DNA of 63,960 bases, counting the filler, from Circinaria calcarea (taxonomy: Eukaryota): the NCBI GenBank assembly GCA_051942165.1. It is 3 parts of 3 records of this genome, joined end to end, with 100 filler letters (N's around TTAATTAATTAA, not from the genome) between each part and the next. Parts side by side here need not be neighbours in the genome. Positions count along the whole stretch, not along the records: positions 1 to 21,689 come from JAVECS010000138.1; positions 21,790 to 43,337 come from JAVECS010000139.1; 1 more part is not named here. One strand, 5' to 3'. The position numbers and the translations under genes were made by a program. The notes under the pieces are model-generated. The model saw only the letters and a list, made by a program, of their open reading frames with translations, was not told the origin of the DNA and did no database searches. Shown here one piece after another: positions 12,536 to 23,129 of the stretch (the first letter of the stretch is position 1; every line of letters starts with the position of its first letter).

Positions 12536-14460
12536 TCAATCGACAGTTATCCGCAACCCTGGAGAGTCTAGTCTCTGATACGACGCGAAGAAGTCGTGCT
12601 CAGGGTCAACGTCGGTTCTGTCGGTTTGGTAGAGGTTCGTGGTGTATCTCCGTTGGATCATGGCAGTGGTCAGATACATCTCCGCATATGCAAGCCTTGA
12701 GCGGATCTTGTCAATAAAAGGCGCTCCAGTAGCGTACTCGGCGGTCAGCAGACTTACTCTAAGCCAAGACAAATCCTCGGTCCTTTACTAAGAGGTGCAA
12801 AGTACTTCTTCAAACCTTTGGCATCAGGGCCCAGCCAGCGCTCGGGGATGAAGTCATTGGGCTGCGGAAATATATCGGCGCGCATGTGAGTAAGGAATGA
12901 ACTCATGCTAACAGAGGTCTATCACGAAGCAGGGTCAGCGGTGTACGTAGCCTCGCTGTTCAATTGTACCTACACCCTCTGGGATGGTTCTGTCTCTCCA
13001 TTTGAGACCGCCTTTTGGCGCCATGCGCGCGAGTCTGTGAGGTACACCCCCTGATATTCTGTTCGTCGTGAATAAGTACGGTTGCGGATGACACGAATCT
13101 ATAACTAGCATCGTACCTGAGACATTCCTCAATGCAAGCAGACTAGAAGCCCGATTAGCGTATCCCCCAGGAGAAGAATGAAGTGTAAGGACTGACCAAA
13201 TAGGGCAGCTGCTTAAGCTTTGCAAGTTCCGGAACAGTCCATGGATCTGGCATCGCATCGGCAAGTTCCGCTCTTAATATAGCAAGCTTATCTGGGTTTG
13301 CCAAAAGGTGGTAGTGTAGGACTCCCAGCGCATTTCCGGTGGTCTCAGAGCCAGCAATAACCAGCAGGGCGCCCTCCGCAATCAGACGATCCTTGGTCAA
13401 TTCCTCCTTCGGAAGTCTACTTCGGAAGATGAGCTCATGAAAAATAGTGGTTGTCTCTTTTTTATCCTCTGAAGTGCCTGGACCAGCATCTTGAATCTTT
13501 TGTATTGCGGGTCCTAAGATCTTCATGAGAAATTAGCTTGCAAGTATTTACTCACAATTCTCATGCGGGGATTTGCCCTTCCACTAGGGTTACGTAATGA
13601 ATGTCCTTTGGAGGTTCAAGCTTACCATTCTAACCTGCATAATTGCTTTGAGGTTAGGTGCAACTTTGATAGCGAGCCAAAGTGGGAGCTTGAGCATCAA
13701 TTTCATTATCCAGTTGAATTGCCGAATGAAAGCGGTTGCTTCCGAACTACCCCTTATCATATTGAACCAGGAGACTCCTTCTTCAAGATTGTCCAGCATG
13801 TTCCACGACTCTGCAAAGGCGTATTTTGTGATGATCTCCACAGTCAACGCTCTATAAAGGTTGTGCATATTGGCCGGGATGTGCGAAGCCTGATGTTGGC
13901 TCAGGATACCGCATAACTTCTCAATTTTGTTGGTGATCACTCCTTGCAATTGGAAGACTTTGGCTTGCGAGAAGAAAGGGGACAAAGCCGCACGTCGAAG
14001 CCTGTGCAAACTGGCCGATTCAGTCGCTTGGGTCGATAGGATTTGGCCAAACTGTCCAACGACATATGGATCCTTGTCGAGCCTGAGAGTAGAGCCGAAC
14101 AGTTGATCGTAGAAGTCGGGGTCGTCAATATGCAACTCTCGCGGACTGATTCGGACAATGGGGCCTGGTCGGCTCTTTAGGGAGGCACCTTTCCATTCGC
14201 GAAGAATCTAACATACCATATTTGGCGTGCATGTCTTCCAGCTCCCATTGATATTTGCCTCTCCTGATAAAGTCATGGTAGAATTCATACCATAGTGTTA
14301 GAGCGGCCAACTTTCTCCCCGGGTAGCTGGCTAGTGGACCGAAATAGAGCCTGTAGGAAGCAAGAGAGACAACATAGATGAAGGAAAACACGGCAGTGAT
14401 TACTGAGATTTCCTTCAGAGTGTAAGAAGACGGCTTCAAGAACTCCAGATATGCAGCCAT
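12536..14460 (-). CDS. Cytochrome P450 monooxygenase (trichodiene oxygenase/CYP58-like clan), about 8 exons
   Basis: N-terminal TM followed by YRLYFGPLASYPGRKLAALTLWYEFY, I-helix IAGSETT, K-helix EECLR on a small exon, FIPERW, and heme loop PLSKGPRICLG. Confidence 0.9.
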
Positions 14461-15062
14461 TTTTCAATCAAGAAACCGTGCAGCAATGAAATGGTCCTGG
14501 AAGCATATCAAGGAGACAAGCACGAGGTTCTAATATACAGTGGCTTCTTATCAACCTCCTGCGTCATCTCGGTATACTGCATATCCACTCCGCGCCCAGA
14601 TTCTCAACCGCTCCTTACTTTTCTTTAGTCCATTTCCGGGTGGGCCACCTGATTGGTCGGACATGGCCTCTTCTTGGTAGAGAGGATGCCTCTGCTTGAG
14701 CCTAATGGACTAGTTGAAAGCGTGTATGCGCGATAGACTCCTAGGCCGTGGATATCACCAAGTTTTCCCTCGGCCCTGTTTCCTCTAGTCTCCCGCTCGG
14801 CCATTCGGCTTGTCCTTTACTCCGTATTCCGTCTTCGGACTTCGGACATTTCCTTTCGCGAGTCCATCTAACGAGCAACTCCCTTTTCAGGACATTTTGG
14901 ATTCGAGCTTTGAGGCGATCCTAAAACTTCAGCCGGTAATCTATTTAAACTACCCTCAGTATATTGGGATTAGGGTGTGGTTAGGATGGCCAAGGTTAGA
15001 GAAAAAAAAATACATGAAATGCGTTGGTGGTGGCGATGAACATACATGGGTATTGCTTACTT

Positions 15063-15368
15063 GGGTCTTTTAGCAAAACTTGTTATGTTAGTGTAAATGT
15101 GAGCCTAGGCGCGGAATAACTCTGGCCCAACCAATACATACCCTGCATGGAAAGAGCCCCCGGCTTAGCTTTACGTAGCTCCGTTGTGGAAGTACAACGG
15201 AGCTATGTTATATTAGTGAACATTTCTGACCAATACCAGGGCGCAGATTCTGTGCCAGCATGGTAGGCCTGCCACCTGGGCCTTACTATATCAGGCTTAA
15301 GGTCTCGGCGCCGGGCTCCCGTGCATAATATACTTCTTACCATAGTACAAAATTCTGCTAAAAGGATC
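15063..15368 (-). mobile_element. ~300-bp non-autonomous inverted-repeat (MITE-like) element, copy 1
   Basis: Imperfect terminal inverted repeats (GGGTCTTTTAGCAAAACTTGT...ACAAAATTCTGCTAAAAGGATC) and a perfect 12-bp hairpin stem at 15176-15205. The reverse complement aligns along its length with 42074-42375. Confidence 0.7.
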
Positions 15369-16311
15369 TTCCTTCTAACGAAATAAATTATGGTACCCGC
15401 TGAAATTTACTGTGTAGAACCCCCCCTCGCCAAGCTTTTCAGGCTCTTCACCCATTCTCTCGACTATTTTAAAGTATTTTAATCTTGAGCCCTGCAAGCT
15501 CCCAATATTCATGATCGAACTTGCTTGGTGGCCAGACTCGGTGTGGAAATCTCCGATACTCCAAGAGCTTCCAGTCCCCGTACATAGGGCAGTATTTTAA
15601 TGGACAGTGTCCTGTCGTCCGCCTAGTAGTTTTTCGCAATAAGTACAAAGGGGTCCAAAACCACAATCTACATTCACACAGAACATTGGAGTACATAGGC
15701 ACCGATGAACACCGTCACCGTTTAGACCCACCCCTCTCCCTTTTAATTATAAAACTTCTGCAGTCTTTGCTACGTATACAGTGGTTGATTGAAATGGCGC
15801 GCTGACTATTTTTGCCTGCGGCCACAAACAAGTACTACCTGTCTCTTCATAACCAATGTTTAATACATTGTGGCCGAGGAAAACTGTATATACGACGTTG
15901 TAAATAGGAGGGGGCGGGGGGGCTTTATACTCCATACCGGCTTATACCACGGGTGTAGAGTTGTATCGGCGGCAGACTTCTTCTTCTAGCCATTTCTTTT
16001 CGGTCTCGTACTGTATGGGGTAGAAACTAGCCCTCGAGTATAATATCGTTTACAGTTTATTTCGAGGAAGAAATTGAAGTTTCTACACTGCAAACAGCTA
16101 AACCTGTTTAGCTTAATCACATGACCCCAGTGAAAACTACATAGAATTTGCAATACTAAGTCCAGGTGCATTCTGCCGATAAGAAACCTCTTCCGCTCAC
16201 TTTTTATTTCAGAGCCAAAATACGTGGAAAAGAAAGTAGTAGAAATAGGCTATATGCATAGAAAGAAACCTCATGCATGCACTTTGTTCATGTAAACTCC
16301 CACTCGGCCAT

Positions 16312-17914
16312 TTAGATGCCCATTCTAGGCGCAGACTCGCGACCCCACGGATTGAATGGACTTCCCAACTTCGGGTCACAGGGATATTGCACCAGAAATG
16401 GTGACTCGGCTTTGGAGGCATCCGATACCACGACGCTCCCATCCGGCCCAGTGATTTTGACCCCAGCCATATTGCCCTGTCCGCCTGCATTTCCGTTGAC
16501 GATCCGCAATGGAAGATATTGTCCTTGCTGGAGAGTTGTTGTGTAGGTTTGGACTTTGGCCAAGGGGTATATCTGAGTGATTTGAGCTTCATTACGATTC
16601 CAGAAAACACGAGCTGCCAAGCCGGTCCAGACGAGAGTGATCTCATCGGCATTAGCGACACTGAAGGTGTAATTCCCGGTTTGCTGGGCGAACAGAAAGC
16701 CTTTGTGGCTGACAGCTACGAACTCCGAGTTCTTGGGTTGGTAGCCGTAGATGGACTTGGAATCGGGGAAGCCGAGGGTTTTAGTTGTTCCGTTGAACTC
16801 AAGTTTAGCAGAATCAAAATCCATCGGGTTAAAGGTGCTGTAGGTGCCATCGGTCTTCATGTTCGGCTTGCCATCTTTGAGGACATTGGGATATACAGCA
16901 AATTGCAGGCCCTGATTGCCGCAGGAGAGGTCCGGCATGGGTGGTCCAGGAGGCGGAGGAGGTGTAGGTGGACTGGGTGGAGGCGCGGGCGAACCGGTAG
17001 GCGTCGGAGGAGTGGGAGGCGTGGGGGGAACGGGAGGAGATACGGGTGATTTGCCTCCGGAACATTCTCCGCAAGAACCTGAGCATCCAATGGCATAAGC
17101 ACTACTGAAGCCGGTAGTGGCAACGGTGGGCTGGCCATGATGGTTGGAGTAATAGCATGTGCCGGAGAACTCGTGGTAGTCAACACTGCTGCAACGGAGA
17201 AAGGCTGCACAAGCATCCATGCAGCTTTGAAAACTTGGCTTTTTATCTTGCATGATAAATGCGGTTGCATGGCGCATTCCGCAATTCATCCTGAATGTTT
17301 CCCCAAAGGTGGAAACATAGCTTAAGCCGTTACCTATGCCAGCTATCAGCCTTTTTACATTCGTTTTGGGAAGAGGAATACTTACATGTGGGACATGAAG
17401 TGGAACAAGCAACCAGCTCTTCATCTTTACCCACGATAGTCGGTGGATCCACCTGGTAGGCATAATGATGGTTGACACATGCTGTGCTATCGGTTGGTTT
17501 GCTGGCATCTCCCATGAGTGAACAATCGTCATTCTCAATGAGATGATAATTGACGCCTTTACAGAGTGGATCAAGACTGCATTTGTTCATGCAATCGGAA
17601 AGAGATGCTGCCGTGGTTGTTGAGAGGGTCGTCGTCCAATAGTGATGTTCGCATTGAACCGCGTAGAACACGCCATTTGTTGTACCGTAGGGGCCGCCGG
17701 AGGTGTCGGGGCAGTCCTTTTTGTCGTTGACTGCTGGTTGCTGCATAAAGTGGATTTGAGAGTGGAGTGGTTGATCTTTGTGTTGCCCTACCGCATGAAC
17801 ATATTCTACGACGACTTCTCCAACAACTTGTTCAATGGCCAAGGCAAGCAGAGTGAGGAGGTAAAGAAACTGGAAAGAGGAAAGAGGCCATCGTCTGTTG
17901 GTAGTGCAAGACAT
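16312..17914 (-). CDS. Secreted protein with two PAN/apple-like Cys modules, a Pro/Thr-rich linker and a C-terminal GLEYA/PA14-like domain; intron at about 17334-17385
   Basis: Hydrophobic signal (FLYLLTLLALA), repeats SLSDCMNKCSLDPLCKGVNY and SFQSCMDACAAFLRCSSVDY, a PPTP linker, then CGNQGLQFAVY...HKGFLFAQQTGNYTF...ADEITLVWTG...GQYLPLRIV. Confidence 0.8.
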
Positions 17915-20341
17915 GGCGAGAGGATTAACCTGGGATATGTGAAATGAAGAGGTACTGGATCAAAAGTAAGGAGAGCCACCAAAACAAGCCAAAGGTTTGC
18001 TGACAGACCTTAGACTGTGGGAATTGAGTGGAAAGGACTCCTGTTTTATACAGATGGTGACTCGATATTAAGCCCTACAGAAATCGTCCGTTCCCGTATC
18101 GATTTTTGGGCGCGAACCGTAGCCTCGAAGGATTTCGGCTGTGTTTGGCGAAGATCTCGTCTTGAAAGATGGTATGTAGGTCGTGTATCTCGCATCAATC
18201 TCGCCATCCTCTTCTGCAGCTCATGTTGAAGAATTTCAGGGAGGAGTAATTGGTCCAATTGCTGTAACGAGGTTAAGGCACGGGCACATCACACACGATT
18301 CAACACAGCGGTCATTATGGTTGCATTGCAAAATGCACAGCTCGACTTGCATCGCCCCGCCTCGTCTGGGTGCTGGTTGCCGAGTGATCATTAGGACTTG
18401 TTCGGGTTGAGCAAAAATTGAATTGCTGGGACGCACAGAGGCGGATTCTATGGCAGCTACCAGTGGATAGGATGAGATGAAGAGAATGTCGGGCAAGATG
18501 CACAGATGCACAGGCGTACAGCATACGAAAAGAGCCGAGTACTAACTCTTGAATGTTGCATCTTAGGTACTTGGATGCATTTCCCATGATCGAGCCTTGA
18601 GGTGTTGATGTAAGCTCGCAGTGGATGCTGTAGAGAAGTGAAAAATGAGGATGAAGAGGAAGAGCGGAATTCGGTTGGGTAACTATACTGCCTTCCCAAC
18701 CATTGGCTCATAGCGAGAGGGGAAAAGCTTCCCGCAGATGGGAAGCATGCACAATAGCCAAGGCAGAGTCAAACCAACAACGAGATCTGCCCACTGATCT
18801 CCGCGCAAATGCGTGTTGACACTTGGCTGCACCGCATGAACGTTGTGTAACATTGTTGTATAACATTCACATGACCTAGAAGCACATTACCCCGCAAGAG
18901 CGCTGCTCGGGAATAGCATATTCGGCTACTAGAAAGGGAAAGCAAGCAGATAGGTCAGCGGTGCAGTGGAAGTCGGTCTGAATTGCTCCATCTATGCTCG
19001 GCGTGTGTGCACATTGTAAGTATTGATCTCGAGAATGCCCCTGAGATGGGACGACGTTGCCTTAGTGCGCGAGATAGGAGGCCTACCAGTAATCCCTGTC
19101 GCAGATCGCCAACTAAGTTCGCCAGGAAGTATCGTCTACAGTATTCTTCCAGCACCACTCGACAACTCCACTTCGGCATGTTCGTGAGGGGAACCGATAC
19201 CTAGCATCGATTATTCAAACTGCTGCCTCCTGTAGTCTGGCCTTATTAGACGCGGCAGAACTAGCACTTCCACCGTCAAGCCTGACTGGTTCCGGCTTCA
19301 TTGGTCTCCTCGATTGTTTCTCTTGTGCTGTTGGTGGGTCGACTCCGTTGGTATGTATCGGGAACCTTCATTCGAGCACCGGAGCATGAACCGATAGCTC
19401 CCTCGGATCGAAATGTACCGTGAACAACCCCGGTCCAAACATCGTCCATTCGGCTCGCTCGTTTTGAGGCAGTATGGTGGCATGAATGGTGCTGTTCCGC
19501 ATACCCCTTGTTCTAGCCTTCATGTGTCTTAATGAAGCTAGTTCTGCAGCTCTCTTTCTTGGCTACAAGTGCTCTCAAGAGCGTCAGGACTACTATCTGT
19601 TATGATGTCGTCGATGGCATTAAAAGTAATATGGATCATCTCATGGGTAGAAGACGTTAGTCGTCTAGTTTGGCTTCGCGCGGTTTCGTTCCCCGACCTT
19701 TTAGCTTCTACATCTCTTGCAGGTCCCTAAAGTTATACGCATCGTTCCGTGTTCCATTTTCCTCCAACTAGATTTAGTATATCCCTTTCTCACCTACCGT
19801 TCTGCATCTTTTTCAATCTTTGCCTTTGCATTGCATTCATGTTCTGCATCCGTCTGGCCAAGCTCCTGCGAGGCAAACCCACTCCCGGCCCTAGATTGGC
19901 TTCTGTAATCCGTCATAGGTTGGTGTGTTGACTGGTAGATCCGATCCAATCTCTTCACTTTCGATTCCACAGGAAATGTATACTGGAGGTAGGATTGAGA
20001 AATAAGGTCCGTCGAATCACTTGATTAACAGGGGAGTATGAGAAACCCTCAAGGTTTATTGGTTGATAAGTCTGTAGTTATATTCACTTTGCTGACGTAA
20101 GTTTACTTGCTGTTTCATATTGTTGTCTACAAGTTGGTCATTCACGCGATTTGGTACAAAAAGGTTTACGTGGGAGCGAGATGGATGCATTGAGGTGGAA
20201 ATTCTAAGCACTATGGTAGTAGATAAGCGAGCGCTGTTCGTGGGTTCCCCCCTCCCCTGCTATTTTCTTCACTCGGTGCGCAACAAAGGTTCAGATGGTG
20301 CGGCGTTGAGATTCCCATCGATACAATGCGACCGAATCTTT

Positions 20342-20770
20342 TTAGAAGGCAGTACTGCATATGTAATCGGGATAGAGTGTAACTTCGGGGCATGGAAGTG
20401 TGTATCTCGGTCCAGGCCTGCAAGAATAAAATGGATAGCGCTCATCCCCCAGATACGCTAATGGCAGTCCATAGTCACAGTTCTTCAAGACTAGATTATC
20501 CAAGCCGCCCCAAGAAAATGAAGCTCCACAAGGATTGCCATCTGGGAGGGCGATTGTACTCTCGCATGAATCATAATCACCCATCGTGCTGATTATGATA
20601 TTCGAATGATTCTTTTCTGCGGTGGCGAGGTAAAACGCTGGATAAGAATTCTGGACGTGGGTTACGCGATTGTCTTTAACTTGAATGGTCATTTCGAGTT
20701 CGAGGGGAGTTGGGGCAGCTTTGACATGATGAAGAGCTAAGGCACCCAAGAGAACTGCTGCGACGTGCAT
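20342..20770 (-). CDS. Small secreted cysteine-rich protein (142 aa, 6 Cys), candidate effector-like
   Basis: Signal peptide MHVAAVLLGALALHHVKA|APTP, six Cys in the mature part, intronless ORF. Confidence 0.7.
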   Translation of the reverse strand: MHVAAVLLGALALHHVKAAPTPLELEMTIQVKDNRVTHVQNSYPAFYLATAEKNHSNIIISTMGDYDSCESTIALPDGNPCGASFSWGGLDNLVLKNCDYGLPLAYLGDERYPFYSCRPGPRYTLPCPEVTLYPDYICSTAF

Positions 20771-21689
20771 TGTCGTGTGAGGGTCTGGCTAACGTGGCCG
20801 GTCAACTTTGACTGCTATTACTGTGAAAATAGATATAAATACCTTTTCGGTTTTAAAACGCCTCTAGATATGGGTCATATAGATTTGCAGATCGCAGTAA
20901 AAGGTGTTCTAGGACGAAGAAAAGAAAGAGATGGAAGGGAGAAATATCAAGTATATATAGCCGTTAAAACGTATACGACACCACTTGAAATGATCTCTAA
21001 CTTTTTCCTCTATGTGCTGGGTGAGAGACCTTGCCATACACATACAAGCCACATGCACGACGCAGAACACAGTCATATTCGCGAGCACTCAAAGGAGCGG
21101 GTAAGTTTTCGAATTACTCCATCCTTTCGATCCTCTTTTACTAATGCAACAGCTCGGTTAGGGAAATGATGGAGATACAGAAATGGTAATAGTATGTGCA
21201 TAAGCTGCCCTCGTTCCCCAATGAAGCTTCAAGTGACCTAATGCTTCCTCTTAACTGCACCATCCGCACGATTTCTCCCTGCAAACATGGGATATGTCGT
21301 AAACAGATGAAGCAGAATTTGACTCTTTCAAGGAGCATGGCCGATCATAGGTATTCAACAAGGATCGGTGGCTTGCGTTGCCACGAATACTGCATTATGC
21401 ATTGGGAAGTCATGGTCGAGAAAAACGCTGAGCTTAGCTCGAGATAGGTGATCTAAGTGAGTACAGCAAGGTTGTTAGGTGCTGTCCTTAGCTCCTACCA
21501 TGAACAGTGCGATACGCAAGTTGACGTTGATGAGGGGACTGTGAGATCAGCATACTGTGATCGATCGTGACGGTCTCCGAGGGGATGCTATTCTGATGCA
21601 TTTGCACAAGCAGTGTGGGCAACAGTCTGCTGATCAAACCGTCTGGACTCTCGGCCTGAGGGTGGATTTGCTGGTCCCAGGGCTTCTAG

Positions 21690-21789
21690 NNNNNNNNNNN
21701 NNNNNNNNNNNNNNNNNNNNNNNNNNNNNNNNNTTAATTAATTAANNNNNNNNNNNNNNNNNNNNNNNNNNNNNNNNNNNNNNNNNNNN
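21690..21789. other. Artificial contig-join spacer (N44-TTAATTAATTAA-N44)
   Basis: Exactly 100 nt with a central TTAATTAATTAA that places stop codons in all six frames. Identical to the spacer at 43338-43437. Confidence 0.97.
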
Positions 21790-22544
21790 ATCAACAGCCA
21801 CCATCCCAGCGCTCCTCCCGCGCAAATACCAGTCGCTCACCAAACCAATCTCCAACAAAGCACACCTCCATGTATGCCGACTCCCGCCCTCCATCTACTC
21901 GGCCCGTATCTACCCGTTCCCCGTCCACGCGCCCTCAGTCAGCGCATCCATCCATTTCGAGCGGCAATTGGTTTGCGTACCCATCTCCGTCCCCTTCACC
22001 CGATCATACCTCATCTGTACAGCACCCTCCAGAGCTCGAACATCTCCGCATCCCAACCTACAACCCCCAATTCCTCAACTCCGACCGTCTCACCCCTCGC
22101 CCCTTGGAAATGAACCCCCCAACACCCTGCCAGTCCTCCTTCTCTCGACCCCGCACTCTCACTCCGGCAACCGGTAATGAGCGAAAAAGCCAGACTCCGT
22201 ACATCGAAGAAGACAGCGGTTTCGCCTACCTACACGAACACAGCCGTCCGTCCAGTACCGTCACTATTAACGAGAATAACACGCAAGCTCAGAACAAAAA
22301 ACCAAAGCACTCTCCTCGTCCTTCTGTGAACCAACGCGATAGCTTTGGTACCGCGGGCGGAAAAGCAAGGTTTTACGGGGATCTTTATGGGAGCGTGGGT
22401 GTTCAAGGGGGGCAGAGTCAGGGGCAGGCGAGAGTTGTGAGTTCCGGACATGATGCGGGAATGAGGGGAAACTTGAGGGGAAGAGAGGTTAGTGGGAAGA
22501 TGGTTGAGGAAGGGAGAGGGGAGGGTATGGGGGTGGCTTTTTAG
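21790..22544 (+). CDS. 3' fragment of a gene encoding a Pro/Ser-rich disordered C-terminus; 5' part lost at the contig edge
   Basis: The frame is open from the contig start to TAG at 22544. Low-complexity sequence ending RVVSSG...GREVSGKMVEEGRG. Confidence 0.6.
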
Positions 22545-23129
22545 ATGTGCTACAGGGAAAAGTAGCGAATGGGAGAAAGGCGGAAGGAGGTACAATTGAG
22601 AGGAATTTTGAACTTTGGGAATTGAATTGGTGAAGTGGTTGAAAATCATACGAGTCAAGTGTAAATAGTTTTAGGCAGCTGATAATTCTCGAAACATAGA
22701 AACGAGAAAAGGAGAGGTCTAGGATATATTTCCAAAGGAAAAGGATATAATGCACAAGATGATATAACTGAGGAGCTCAAACGTGCATGGGATTCGTCGC
22801 ATATCTTCACCGAAAGATGCCTCCAACTTACGCTTGGACTTAGAGATACATTTATGTATGTCCAAACTCGATAACACCTGATACAACGACAGAAGGGTGG
22901 TTGGGGTGGCTTGGATGGATGGATACGCTAATAATCAAAAAGGCAGAGAGGAGAGTGAGAGAGAGCCGGTTTATGCTGCGGGAGATCAAGCTGGTTGAAG
23001 TACGCGAGCCGGTAAAACACAATCGGAAGTCCGAAAAGAAGACAGCATCGCGCCTCATTACAACCCATGGTGCCACGATAGTTGGTCCAAATATAATCTC
23101 ATACTACTGAAGTCGAAGTACTGGAGGCA

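Noticed and set aside
18017..20000. Short ORFs between the GLEYA gene and the small secreted protein
   Set aside because: No recognisable motifs, codon bias or consistent splice structure.
21734..21745. TTAATTAATTAA palindrome as a biological site
   Set aside because: It is embedded in N-runs and repeated identically at 43382-43393; a synthetic six-frame stop linker.
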